From a virus, in IMG/VR virus record IMGVR_UViG_3300045988_155769: a stretch of 35,729 bases of DNA. One strand, given 5' to 3'. The notes beneath the pieces were generated by a model. That model saw only the letters and a program-made list of their open reading frames with translations, searched no databases and was not told the origin of the DNA. Below are positions 14,832-23,001 of this stretch, piece after piece; positions within the stretch are counted from its first letter, which is position 1, and each line of letters starts with the position of its first letter. The translations under genes and the position numbers were made by a program.

Positions 14832-15130
14832 CAGATGATAGTTTCTATCATACAACCGCTTGGAAAAAGAAACGTCTTGAAATATTAAGACGTGATAACT
14901 ATGAGTGTCAACGATGTAAGTCAATGGGTAGAGTTACAACTAATAATCCACATGGCAAAGGGAAGAAGGTCAAGATAGAAGTTCACCACAAGAAAGAACT
15001 TAAAGACTTTCCAGAACTTGCACTTGTAAATAGTAATTTAATTACTTTATGCACGAGATGTCACAATGAAATTCACGAAAGGTTTAAATATCAAGTATCA
15101 AAGAAATTTACTAATGTCGAACGTTGGTAA
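14825..15130 (+). CDS. Terminase-associated HNH endonuclease (start unresolved; frame open from 14810)
   Basis: FYHTTAWKKKRLEILRRDNYECQRCK...VHHKKEL...NLITLCTRCHNEIH matches the packaging-type HNH family. The first in-frame ATG (14924) lies after the first CxxC. There is no ATG, GTG or TTG between 14810 and 14924. Confidence 0.75.
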   Translation, partial: RITDDSFYHTTAWKKKRLEILRRDNYECQRCKSMGRVTTNNPHGKGKKVKIEVHHKKELKDFPELALVNSNLITLCTRCHNEIHERFKYQVSKKFTNVERW

Positions 15131-15242
15131 ATATATCCCCCCGGTCAAAAAATTCACCATCAATTTGGGGGTGAAGTAAACGTGAGGGGGCAGTGACTTT
15201 GGAGGAATTTCAAAAAAATTCATGTGAAGGGGGGTGGTGTAT
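15131..15242. promoter_or_regulatory. Candidate cos (packaging) region
   Basis: In an AT-rich genome, this HNH-TerS intergenic region has C6GG (15137-15144) and G-runs at 15167-15171, 15186-15190 and 15229-15234. It also has a direct repeat tcaaaaaa(a)ttca and the palindrome gaatttcaaaaaaattc. Confidence 0.45.
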
Positions 15243-15611
15243 ATGGCAGCCGCTCAAGAAACTAAAAAATCAAAAAAGAGATTATCCGGTACAAGAGGGA
15301 AAATCTATAAAAGTTTAAAAGAGCAATTAGAACTTGCTGATAATTATAACGATTACACAGAGGATCTATTAAGAGATTACATTACGATGTATGATACCAA
15401 ATGCAAACTCGCCCAGGACATCGAAGATAGAGGTGTATCTTTGGAATATGACAACGGCGGTGGACAAAAAGGTCGTAAGAGCAATCCTAGTATTGATCTT
15501 ATGAATCGTACGAATGCACAAATGCTAAAACTACTTGATGCACTTGGATTAAAGCCGTCAAAGATGCTTACAAAATCGCCAGATGATGGTGATGATGATG
15601 ACGAGTTGTAG
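15243..15611 (+). CDS. terS: Terminase small subunit, P27 family
   Basis: The sequence LLRDYITMYDTKCKLAQDIEDRGVSLEYDNGGGQKGRKSNPSIDLMNRTNAQMLKLLDALGL matches the P27-family pattern. The position upstream of terL supports this. Confidence 0.85.
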   Translation: MAAAQETKKSKKRLSGTRGKIYKSLKEQLELADNYNDYTEDLLRDYITMYDTKCKLAQDIEDRGVSLEYDNGGGQKGRKSNPSIDLMNRTNAQMLKLLDALGLKPSKMLTKSPDDGDDDDEL

Positions 15612-17256
15612 TAATAAGTATGTACAAGAATATTTTGATTTAGTAGAATCTGGTAAGATTATAGTTTGCAACAAAGTCAGACAAAATATTGAGTTAGTTA
15701 AGGCTAAACTCAATGAAGATGTTTACTTTGAAGATGAGAAAATCGAAAAATCGATAAGAGCCATTGAAAAATATTTTTTTAAATTATTTCCGTTCCAAAA
15801 ATACATCTTAGCATGTATTTTTTTACGTTATAAAGCCGATAATAAATTGGTTTTTAAAGAATTTTATCTTAAATTAGGACGTGGAAATGGAAAAAATGGT
15901 TTAATATCCGCTCTTGCTTTTATTCTGATTTCAAATATCAATAATGTTATGAGTTATAATGTTGAAATCATAGCAAATAGTGAAGAACAAGCAATGACAT
16001 CTTTTGAAGATGTTTACAATGTAATTGATGATCCTCACAATGCTAAATTAGCAAGTAAATTTGTTTATACAAAGGAAAAAATCACATTTAAAAAAACACG
16101 ATCAAGGCTAAAATTCTATACATCCAATCCAAAAACTAAAGATGGTGGTCGTCCAGGCTGTTTAATTTTCGATGAGATTCACGCTTACGAAAGTTTTAAG
16201 AATATTGACGTTCATACATCAGGTTTTGGTAAGAAGCCAGATAGTCGTACATTTATGATTACGACTGATGGTAATGTAAGAGATGGAGTTTTAGATTCAT
16301 ACGATGGTGAAGCCGCTTGTGTTTTAGATGGCTCAATACCGAATTCAAGAATGTTCCCGTTCGTATGTGAACTAGATGATCCAGAAGAAGTTGATAATCC
16401 AAAGATGTGGGAAAAGCCATGTCCAGCGATTAACTATTTACCAGAATTAAAACAAGAAATGCTTGATAAATATCAATCAATGCAAATTCGTCCTCACGAA
16501 AGAAATGAATTCATGACTAAAAGAATGAATTTACCACATCGTGATGAAGCAACCGCAGTTGCTAAATGGGAAGATATAGAGGCTACCAATCAAGAAATAC
16601 CAAATTTAGAGAATTATACCGCAGTCGGTGGAATCGACTATGCGGAGGTACGAGATTTTTGTGCAGTAGGACTATTATTCAAGAAAGATAATAAATATAT
16701 CTGGTTACATCATACTTTTATTTGTGGCAAAAGCCCTAATTTAAAGGCTATTAAGTTCGATATTGATTTAGCAATTGATAAAGGCATAGCAGAGATTACT
16801 AATGGAAATACAATAGATCCGGAATTAGTCGTATGTTGGTTTTTAAATGCTCTAAAAAAATATGGAATTAAAAGAATTGCGATGGATAGATTCCGTTATA
16901 ATGTATTAAAAGATACATTTAATAAATACGGTATTTATCCGCAAGACAAAGAACATCCAGACGGACTACTCGTGTTGATAGGTAATGGTTACATTACACA
17001 TAACAAAGTTGCCCCACTAATTGATGAGATATTTGCTAATCACAAAATAATTTATGGCGATGATCCGATGATGAGATGGTACACCAACAATACCTATGTT
17101 GATGTTGATAAAAAAGGTAATAAATCTTATAAAAAAATCGAGCCTAAATTAAGAAAAACAGATGGTTTCATGGCACTTGTTGCAGCAATTAGTATTGAAA
17201 ATGAAATTCCGTTTGATACAAGCGGAGCAGAATTACTTGGTGCAATAACATTTTAG
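15583..17256 (+). CDS. terL: Terminase large subunit (Terminase_1 family)
   Basis: Walker A-like GRGNGKN, Walker B LIFDEIHAYE, and a C-terminal nuclease region. The start lies within a run of ATG codons at 15583-15600. Confidence 0.9.
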   Translation: MMVMMMTSCSNKYVQEYFDLVESGKIIVCNKVRQNIELVKAKLNEDVYFEDEKIEKSIRAIEKYFFKLFPFQKYILACIFLRYKADNKLVFKEFYLKLGRGNGKNGLISALAFILISNINNVMSYNVEIIANSEEQAMTSFEDVYNVIDDPHNAKLASKFVYTKEKITFKKTRSRLKFYTSNPKTKDGGRPGCLIFDEIHAYESFKNIDVHTSGFGKKPDSRTFMITTDGNVRDGVLDSYDGEAACVLDGSIPNSRMFPFVCELDDPEEVDNPKMWEKPCPAINYLPELKQEMLDKYQSMQIRPHERNEFMTKRMNLPHRDEATAVAKWEDIEATNQEIPNLENYTAVGGIDYAEVRDFCAVGLLFKKDNKYIWLHHTFICGKSPNLKAIKFDIDLAIDKGIAEITNGNTIDPELVVCWFLNALKKYGIKRIAMDRFRYNVLKDTFNKYGIYPQDKEHPDGLLVLIGNGYITHNKVAPLIDEIFANHKIIYGDDPMMRWYTNNTYVDVDKKGNKSYKKIEPKLRKTDGFMALVAAISIENEIPFDTSGAELLGAITF

Positions 17257-17271
17257 GAAAGGTGGGATTTT

Positions 17272-18420
17272 ATGGGATTTTTTAATTGGTTAAAATTTGC
17301 TTTTACCAAAGATGGAATCGCCGATTTATCCGAAACCTTTGATTCAGATGTTTTGCTTGAAGTGTATTATAAAGAATTGGCTATATTTAGTGCAATCAAT
17401 CTTATTTCTAAAGGTTTAGCGAATAGTACATTTAAGACTTATCACAAAAACAAAGAAATTAAGAAGGATAATTATTATTTATTTAATATTGAGCCTAATC
17501 CAAATCAAAATGCACAGGAATTCTGGAATCAAGCAATATATAACCTCGTTTATAACAACGATGTTTTAATTATCCAGGCTAATGGATATTTTTATGTTGC
17601 AGATTCATTTATTAAAGGCGATAAAGTGTTATATCCTAATGATTTTACTGATGTTCAAATCGGTACATTAACGATGAGAAAAAAATATTTTCAAAATGAG
17701 GTATTTTATACAAAATTAAATTATCGTAAAGTGTCGGAACTTATTGACGGTTTATATTCTTCTTACGGAAAACTATTATCTCATGCAATGAAAGATTATA
17801 GTAAAAGGGGAGGTATAAAAGGTCAAGTTAAATTATCAACGGCTTTTTCGCAAAGGTTTAATGACCAAGAAAAGTTAAGACAATATATTCACGATAAATT
17901 TAAGAGTTATTTTGATTCTACTAATGCAGTAATGCCAGTTGAAGACGGATTCCAATTTATTGAATCAGATAAATTGAAATCGACAACTAATAGTGAAGAA
18001 ATTAACAAACTTATTGATGAAATATTTTCTATAACAGGAATTGCTTTTAATATTCCAAAAGGTTTACTTATGGGAAATCTAGCAGATTTAAAAAGTTCTA
18101 TCGAGAGTTTTCAAACTTTTTGTTTAGATCCAATATCAAATATGTTTGAAGATGAAATCAATCGTAAATTATATGGAAAAGATGCATATTTATCTGGAAC
18201 ATGTTTAAGAATTGATACATCGTCATTAAAACACATCGACATATTAGAAACGGCATCTAATCAAGAGGCACTTATTAGGAATGGTTATAGTCCTAATGAG
18301 GTAAGAAAAATTGTAAAATTCGATCAGGTAGATGAGGAATGGGCTAATACACACTATATAACTAAAAATTATAGTGCAGATTTAAGCAAAGAAAATGAGA
18401 AAGAAGGTGAACAGGCATGA
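17272..18420 (+). CDS. Portal protein (HK97 family)
   Basis: Size, position after terL and sequence character fit this family. Confidence 0.85.
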   Translation: MGFFNWLKFAFTKDGIADLSETFDSDVLLEVYYKELAIFSAINLISKGLANSTFKTYHKNKEIKKDNYYLFNIEPNPNQNAQEFWNQAIYNLVYNNDVLIIQANGYFYVADSFIKGDKVLYPNDFTDVQIGTLTMRKKYFQNEVFYTKLNYRKVSELIDGLYSSYGKLLSHAMKDYSKRGGIKGQVKLSTAFSQRFNDQEKLRQYIHDKFKSYFDSTNAVMPVEDGFQFIESDKLKSTTNSEEINKLIDEIFSITGIAFNIPKGLLMGNLADLKSSIESFQTFCLDPISNMFEDEINRKLYGKDAYLSGTCLRIDTSSLKHIDILETASNQEALIRNGYSPNEVRKIVKFDQVDEEWANTHYITKNYSADLSKENEKEGEQA

Positions 18421-19145
18421 AACAAACATTTATGAAATTCATAGATAACGAAGAAACCGAAGAAGCAGAATTATTTATCTATGGTGATATAGTAGATTTT
18501 GCTTGGTGGGATGAAGATGTATCAGCAAATGATATTCGTAAAAAACTAGACGAAACAAATGCAAAAACAATCAACGTGCACATCAATTCGTTAGGTGGAG
18601 ATACTTTCACAGGTGTAGCAATTTATAATTTGTTAAGAGAAAAAAGCAAGACATCAAAAATAGTAACGTATGTTGATGCCATTGCCGCTTCCGCAGCATC
18701 TATAATTGCAATGGCAGGTGATGAAATTGTCATGCCAAGTAATACTCTTATGATGATTCATAATTGTTGGACTCTTGGTGTCGGAAATGCTAACGAATTA
18801 AGAAAAGTTGCTTCTGATATGGATAAGATAATGGATGCGGTAATTCAATGTTATTTATCAAAAGTAAAAATAACAGAAGAAGAATTGCGAAACTTACTTG
18901 ATGAGGAAACTTATTTAACCGCTCAAGAAGCATTAGAAAAAGGCTTCTGTGATAAAATTATCGAGCTAAAAGAAGATAGCAAAGAGATTCAACAAAATGC
19001 TCTTTCAAGTCTAGTAAGAATCGTAAAAAATTCAAAAGAAAAATCAAAAGTGGTAAATGAAACAAATTTAATTGTTTCAAATAAAATAGTTGAAAATAAT
19101 AGCAAAGAGGAAAGTGATATTAAATCACTTTTTAATTTGAAGTAA
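18417..19145 (+). CDS. Head maturation protease (ClpP-like, S14)
   Basis: INSLGGDTFTGVAIYNLL ... AASAASIIAMAGD ... MMIHN. Confidence 0.85.
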   Translation: MKQTFMKFIDNEETEEAELFIYGDIVDFAWWDEDVSANDIRKKLDETNAKTINVHINSLGGDTFTGVAIYNLLREKSKTSKIVTYVDAIAASAASIIAMAGDEIVMPSNTLMMIHNCWTLGVGNANELRKVASDMDKIMDAVIQCYLSKVKITEEELRNLLDEETYLTAQEALEKGFCDKIIELKEDSKEIQQNALSSLVRIVKNSKEKSKVVNETNLIVSNKIVENNSKEESDIKSLFNLK

Positions 19146-19159
19146 TTGGAGGGATTTTA

Positions 19160-20275
19160 ATGAAAAACAAGGATTTAGAAACTATTACAAAAGATGAATT
19201 AAAAAGTAAAGCATTAAATGCTATCAGAGAAGGAAAAGCCGAAGAATTCGTGGATGAAATCACAAGTTATTTTAATGTATTAGCAGATGAGGTTAAGGCA
19301 GAATATGAATCAGCAATCGCAAGTAATGACAAAGAAATATTATCAAAAAGAGGTGTTAGAGTATTAACATCAGTCGAGGAAAAATATTATAAATCATTAG
19401 CAAATGCTATGAAAACAAAATCAGCATTAACTGATATTGAAATGCCAAGAACAATTATTGATAGTGTGTTCGATGAATTAGAACATGATCATGAATTGTT
19501 ACAAAAAATTAATTTCCAAAATGTTACAGGTATTACAGAAATCATTGTTCGCAATGGTGATGTAGAAGCAGCATGGTGGGGTGCTTTAACAGATCAAATC
19601 AAAAAACAATTAGCATCAGCATTTAAGAAAATTACAACTGATGCTAAAAAGTTATCAGCATATATTCCTGTTGCTAAAGCACATTTAGATCTTGGACCTA
19701 CATATCTTGATATGTTTGTAAGAAGATTCTTACTAGAATCATTATCAATTGGTCTTGAAAATGCTATTGTTACAGGTGATGGTAAAGATAAGCCAATCGG
19801 TATGGATAGAGACCTAAAAGGTAGTGTTGTAGAAGGTGTATATCCACAAAAAACAGCAAAAGAAATTACTGATTTAGATTTAGTTACATTAGGTGGTTTA
19901 ATGGCTGATTTAACTAATGATGGTAAGAGAAAAGTTGCAAGTGCTTTATTTATCGTTAACCCATACGATTATTATTCTAAAGTATTACCTAAAATTTATT
20001 ATCGTACAGATGATGGACGTTGGGTAAATAATTTACCATTCCCTATCGAATTTGTACAATCATGCGAAGTTGCTAAAGGTAAAGCAGTTATCGGTATTGG
20101 TAAAAAATATTTCCTAGGTTTAGGCTCACAAAACAAAATTGATAAATCAGAAGAATATCATTTCCTAGAAGATGAAACTGTATATCTTGCTAAATTATAT
20201 GGTACAGGTATGCCATTAGATAATACATCATTCATCTATCTTGATATTTCTAAAATTGCAACACCAACTGTTTAA
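19160..20275 (+). CDS. Major capsid protein (HK97 fold)
   Basis: Position after the protease, a 371-aa length and a coiled N-terminal delta-like domain. Confidence 0.85.
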   Translation: MKNKDLETITKDELKSKALNAIREGKAEEFVDEITSYFNVLADEVKAEYESAIASNDKEILSKRGVRVLTSVEEKYYKSLANAMKTKSALTDIEMPRTIIDSVFDELEHDHELLQKINFQNVTGITEIIVRNGDVEAAWWGALTDQIKKQLASAFKKITTDAKKLSAYIPVAKAHLDLGPTYLDMFVRRFLLESLSIGLENAIVTGDGKDKPIGMDRDLKGSVVEGVYPQKTAKEITDLDLVTLGGLMADLTNDGKRKVASALFIVNPYDYYSKVLPKIYYRTDDGRWVNNLPFPIEFVQSCEVAKGKAVIGIGKKYFLGLGSQNKIDKSEEYHFLEDETVYLAKLYGTGMPLDNTSFIYLDISKIATPTV

Positions 20276-20296
20276 TGAAATGCGAGGTGATAGATC

Positions 20297-20614
20297 ATGG
20301 AAAAATCGCTAAAAGAGAAATTTCCATATTTTGAAGAAATCAAAAGACACTTGGCTATCACTTGGGATGATGAGGGCACTAACCTTACAATAAGAGATTA
20401 TATAATTGATGGACAGAATCACCTTAAAACTATTAGTGGTGATTCCGCCATCGATTTTAATACCGATATAGAAGCAAAAAGATTATTAAAAGAATATTGT
20501 AGATACGCCAGAAATTATAGTATTGAAGCATTTAATCATAATTTCCAGGACGATCTATTGAGGTTTCAAATAGCACATGCCGTTGACGATTATGGTAAAA
20601 CACCAGACGTATAA
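20297..20614 (+). CDS. Head-tail connector (gp6-like)
   Basis: Position and size; conserved aromatic and arginine-rich centre. Confidence 0.6.
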   Translation: MEKSLKEKFPYFEEIKRHLAITWDDEGTNLTIRDYIIDGQNHLKTISGDSAIDFNTDIEAKRLLKEYCRYARNYSIEAFNHNFQDDLLRFQIAHAVDDYGKTPDV

Positions 20615-20912
20615 CGATGGTATTTTGAAATATTATTCTTTGACACCAAAATATAATGCTTCTAAAAAGAAAATCGGTGATGAAAAAACTTATAAAGGCA
20701 AATTAAATTATGAATTAGCATATAAAAGGCAGCAAGATTATGACTTTGCAGAATCTAAAAGTAAAAAGCTTGATATGAAAGTAAAGACACCTAAAATTGC
20801 ATTTAATACAGATTATATTATTGAGTTAAATAATGAATTCTATGAGTGTTATTTATGCGAAGATAGTGACAAATTTAGTAATTATCTTTATTTACAGAAG
20901 GTGACATTATGA
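20577..20912 (+). CDS. Head-tail adaptor / head closure protein
   Basis: Position in the connector cluster. The start may be the ATG at 20592. Confidence 0.55.
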   Translation: MPLTIMVKHQTYNDGILKYYSLTPKYNASKKKIGDEKTYKGKLNYELAYKRQQDYDFAESKSKKLDMKVKTPKIAFNTDYIIELNNEFYECYLCEDSDKFSNYLYLQKVTL

Positions 20913-21253
20913 CAGATGAAAAAATAGTTAATAAGTTAATAGAAATCGGATACGAGCCATTTCAATATGATGCGGATCCAGATGAATTAAAAGGCTATAA
21001 CAAATATTGTGTTTATTATCCTCATAGCTTGAGAAAACAAGATAAACACATATTTCATCAAATAATAGAGTTTGTTTTTGTTAATGAAACAGAAGATTTT
21101 GACGAAATAGCAATAATCGACGCGTTGGAAGAAACAGGTCTTTTCTTTGACGATGGTGATTATGGAAGATTAAAAAAAGTTGCAGGTGGCGATATAGTTA
21201 ATTCATTAAATTTAAGGTTTGCACGTCCTAAAAAAAGAAAGTGTGTTTATTAG
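20909..21253 (+). CDS. Head-tail joining / tail completion protein
   Basis: Position; GAAGGTGA RBS. Confidence 0.5.
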   Translation: MTDEKIVNKLIEIGYEPFQYDADPDELKGYNKYCVYYPHSLRKQDKHIFHQIIEFVFVNETEDFDEIAIIDALEETGLFFDDGDYGRLKKVAGGDIVNSLNLRFARPKKRKCVY

Positions 21254-21256
21254 TTA

Positions 21257-21697
21257 ATGGAAACAATATTCAAATTAAAGGATGATGATCTTCAAAAATT
21301 AGTTGATTCTATCATGAAGATTCCAGATCTTGCAGAGAGCATCATGAATGATTATTTACATAATCAAGGTGCTAATATTGTCATTGACAAAATAACAGAA
21401 AGGATGCCAGTAGGTGTCAACAATAACAAAAAATATAAAGGCTATCCTCGAACTCATGCAAAGTATTCGTTAAGTTTAACTTTTACTAAAATGAATTTAG
21501 GATTCGCAATTAAAACATCACGATCACCATTTTTCGGGTATTTATATTTCCCAGCTTTTGGTGAAGGTACATCGAAACACAATGCACCTAACTTATTTTT
21601 TGAAGAAGGAGCAGAAAGTGCAAGAGAGCCAATCGTTGATGAATTAGCAAAATTGCTTGAAGGAAAAATTAAGGAGGGATTAAGCAATGGCAAGTAA
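21257..21697 (+). CDS. Tail-completion protein (HK97 gp10-like)
   Basis: Position immediately before the major tail gene, and size. Confidence 0.5.
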   Translation: METIFKLKDDDLQKLVDSIMKIPDLAESIMNDYLHNQGANIVIDKITERMPVGVNNNKKYKGYPRTHAKYSLSLTFTKMNLGFAIKTSRSPFFGYLYFPAFGEGTSKHNAPNLFFEEGAESAREPIVDELAKLLEGKIKEGLSNGK

Positions 21698-22283
21698 TAC
21701 ATTACAAGTTTTTGATGAATGTAAAATCACAGAAACACATGTTAAATCATACGATCGTAAAACCGGTGCTTTAGCAACAGAAAAGGCTACAAAATTAGGA
21801 TGCACAGGTAAACTAGAAATTTCATCAGAATATAAAACAATAGTTAAAAATTGTGAAGGAGTAGAACAAAAAAGTGTTAAGAAAATTACTAAATTAACAG
21901 GTACTATTTCAGTTCACATGCCTTTAGCAATTGCCAGAACTGTATTTGGCTTAAACAATGAAGGATTAAAACCAGGTGTTTATGGTATTTCTGATACAAC
22001 TAATACACCAGATATGTGCTTAACTACTAAAGCAATTGATTTATTTACTGATGAAGAAAAGTATATTTGTTTACCAAAAATTGCATTCACAACTGGTTTT
22101 GCAAAAACTATTGATAATACATCAGAGGAAGTTGCAGAGGTTGAATTAGAATTCAATGCTTATAAAGATGAAAATAACGAATTCTACTATGAAGCATGTG
22201 CTAGTGAAGTTGATAAGACATCAATTGGTGATAAATGGTTAGAAGAATTTACACCATCAATGGTTAAAGCTCCAACTGCGTAG
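21687..22283 (+). CDS. Major tail protein
   Basis: AAGGAGGG RBS, a strong terminator downstream and position before the chaperone/TMP genes. Confidence 0.75.
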   Translation: MASNTLQVFDECKITETHVKSYDRKTGALATEKATKLGCTGKLEISSEYKTIVKNCEGVEQKSVKKITKLTGTISVHMPLAIARTVFGLNNEGLKPGVYGISDTTNTPDMCLTTKAIDLFTDEEKYICLPKIAFTTGFAKTIDNTSEEVAEVELEFNAYKDENNEFYYEACASEVDKTSIGDKWLEEFTPSMVKAPTA

Positions 22284-22290
22284 TAAGTAG

Positions 22291-22321
22291 AGCCCTACAT
22301 TATGTAGGGCTTATTTTTTTT
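22291..22321 (+). terminator. Rho-independent terminator after the major tail gene
   Basis: agccctaca-tta-tgtagggct (9-bp stem), then a T-run. Confidence 0.85.
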
Positions 22322-22338
22322 AAAAGGAGGTATTTCAG

Positions 22339-22776
22339 ATGCAAGAAAACATTACTAATACAGAATCGGTTGTTAATGAAACACCAATTCAAAACGTAGA
22401 AACAAATGTTGAAAATAAAGAAATATCAAAAGAAGAAATTACGGAAACACCAAAAGTTGAAACAGAAAAATTACCTAAAAGGGCTATTAGATTAGAAGAT
22501 GGCACTATAATCAATAATCTAAAAATCACTTATAAGAATTTATTTGATTTTCAAAATCATTATGAAAATTCAAAGGATTTAATGGAAGCATTAGTTAAGA
22601 AGCAAACCTTTGAGCATGAGGTTATGGTCCAACTAATTTATGTTGGTTATTTAGGGACTAATCCAACTAATAAAATGTCGTATTTTGATTTTATAGATGC
22701 AATTCCTTTTGATTACAAAAGAGATATGACATTATTTAAAGAATTAACAGGATTAAATGCTGATTCAAAAAACTAA
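22339..22776 (+). CDS. Tail assembly chaperone (G-like, frame-0 product)
   Basis: Position between the major tail and tape measure genes. It ends on the slippery A_AAA_AAC. Confidence 0.8.
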   Translation: MQENITNTESVVNETPIQNVETNVENKEISKEEITETPKVETEKLPKRAIRLEDGTIINNLKITYKNLFDFQNHYENSKDLMEALVKKQTFEHEVMVQLIYVGYLGTNPTNKMSYFDFIDAIPFDYKRDMTLFKELTGLNADSKN

Positions 22777-22997
22777 AATTCCAAAAGTCTTTAAGAAAGG
22801 TAACCGCTAATAAGAAAGATAAATATCTTACAGCGACATTAGATATATGTACGATTGCGGATATTTATACACTTTATGTGCTCAATGCGAAAATACCTAG
22901 TGAGGACTTTTGGAATCAAGATATTAACTTTTTAGAATCTGTATATTTTAACAAAATGACATTTAATAAGTGGGAAAACAATCCGAAAGAGAGGTGA
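22339..22997 (+). CDS. Tail assembly chaperone G-T-like -1 frameshift product
   Basis: A_AAA_AAC at 22767-22773 is in the X_XXY_YYZ phase. The -1 frame is then open for 74 codons (LKFQKSLRKV...NNPKER), stopping at 22995-22997, just before the TMP start. Confidence 0.75.
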
Positions 22998-23001
22998 TTT
23001 T

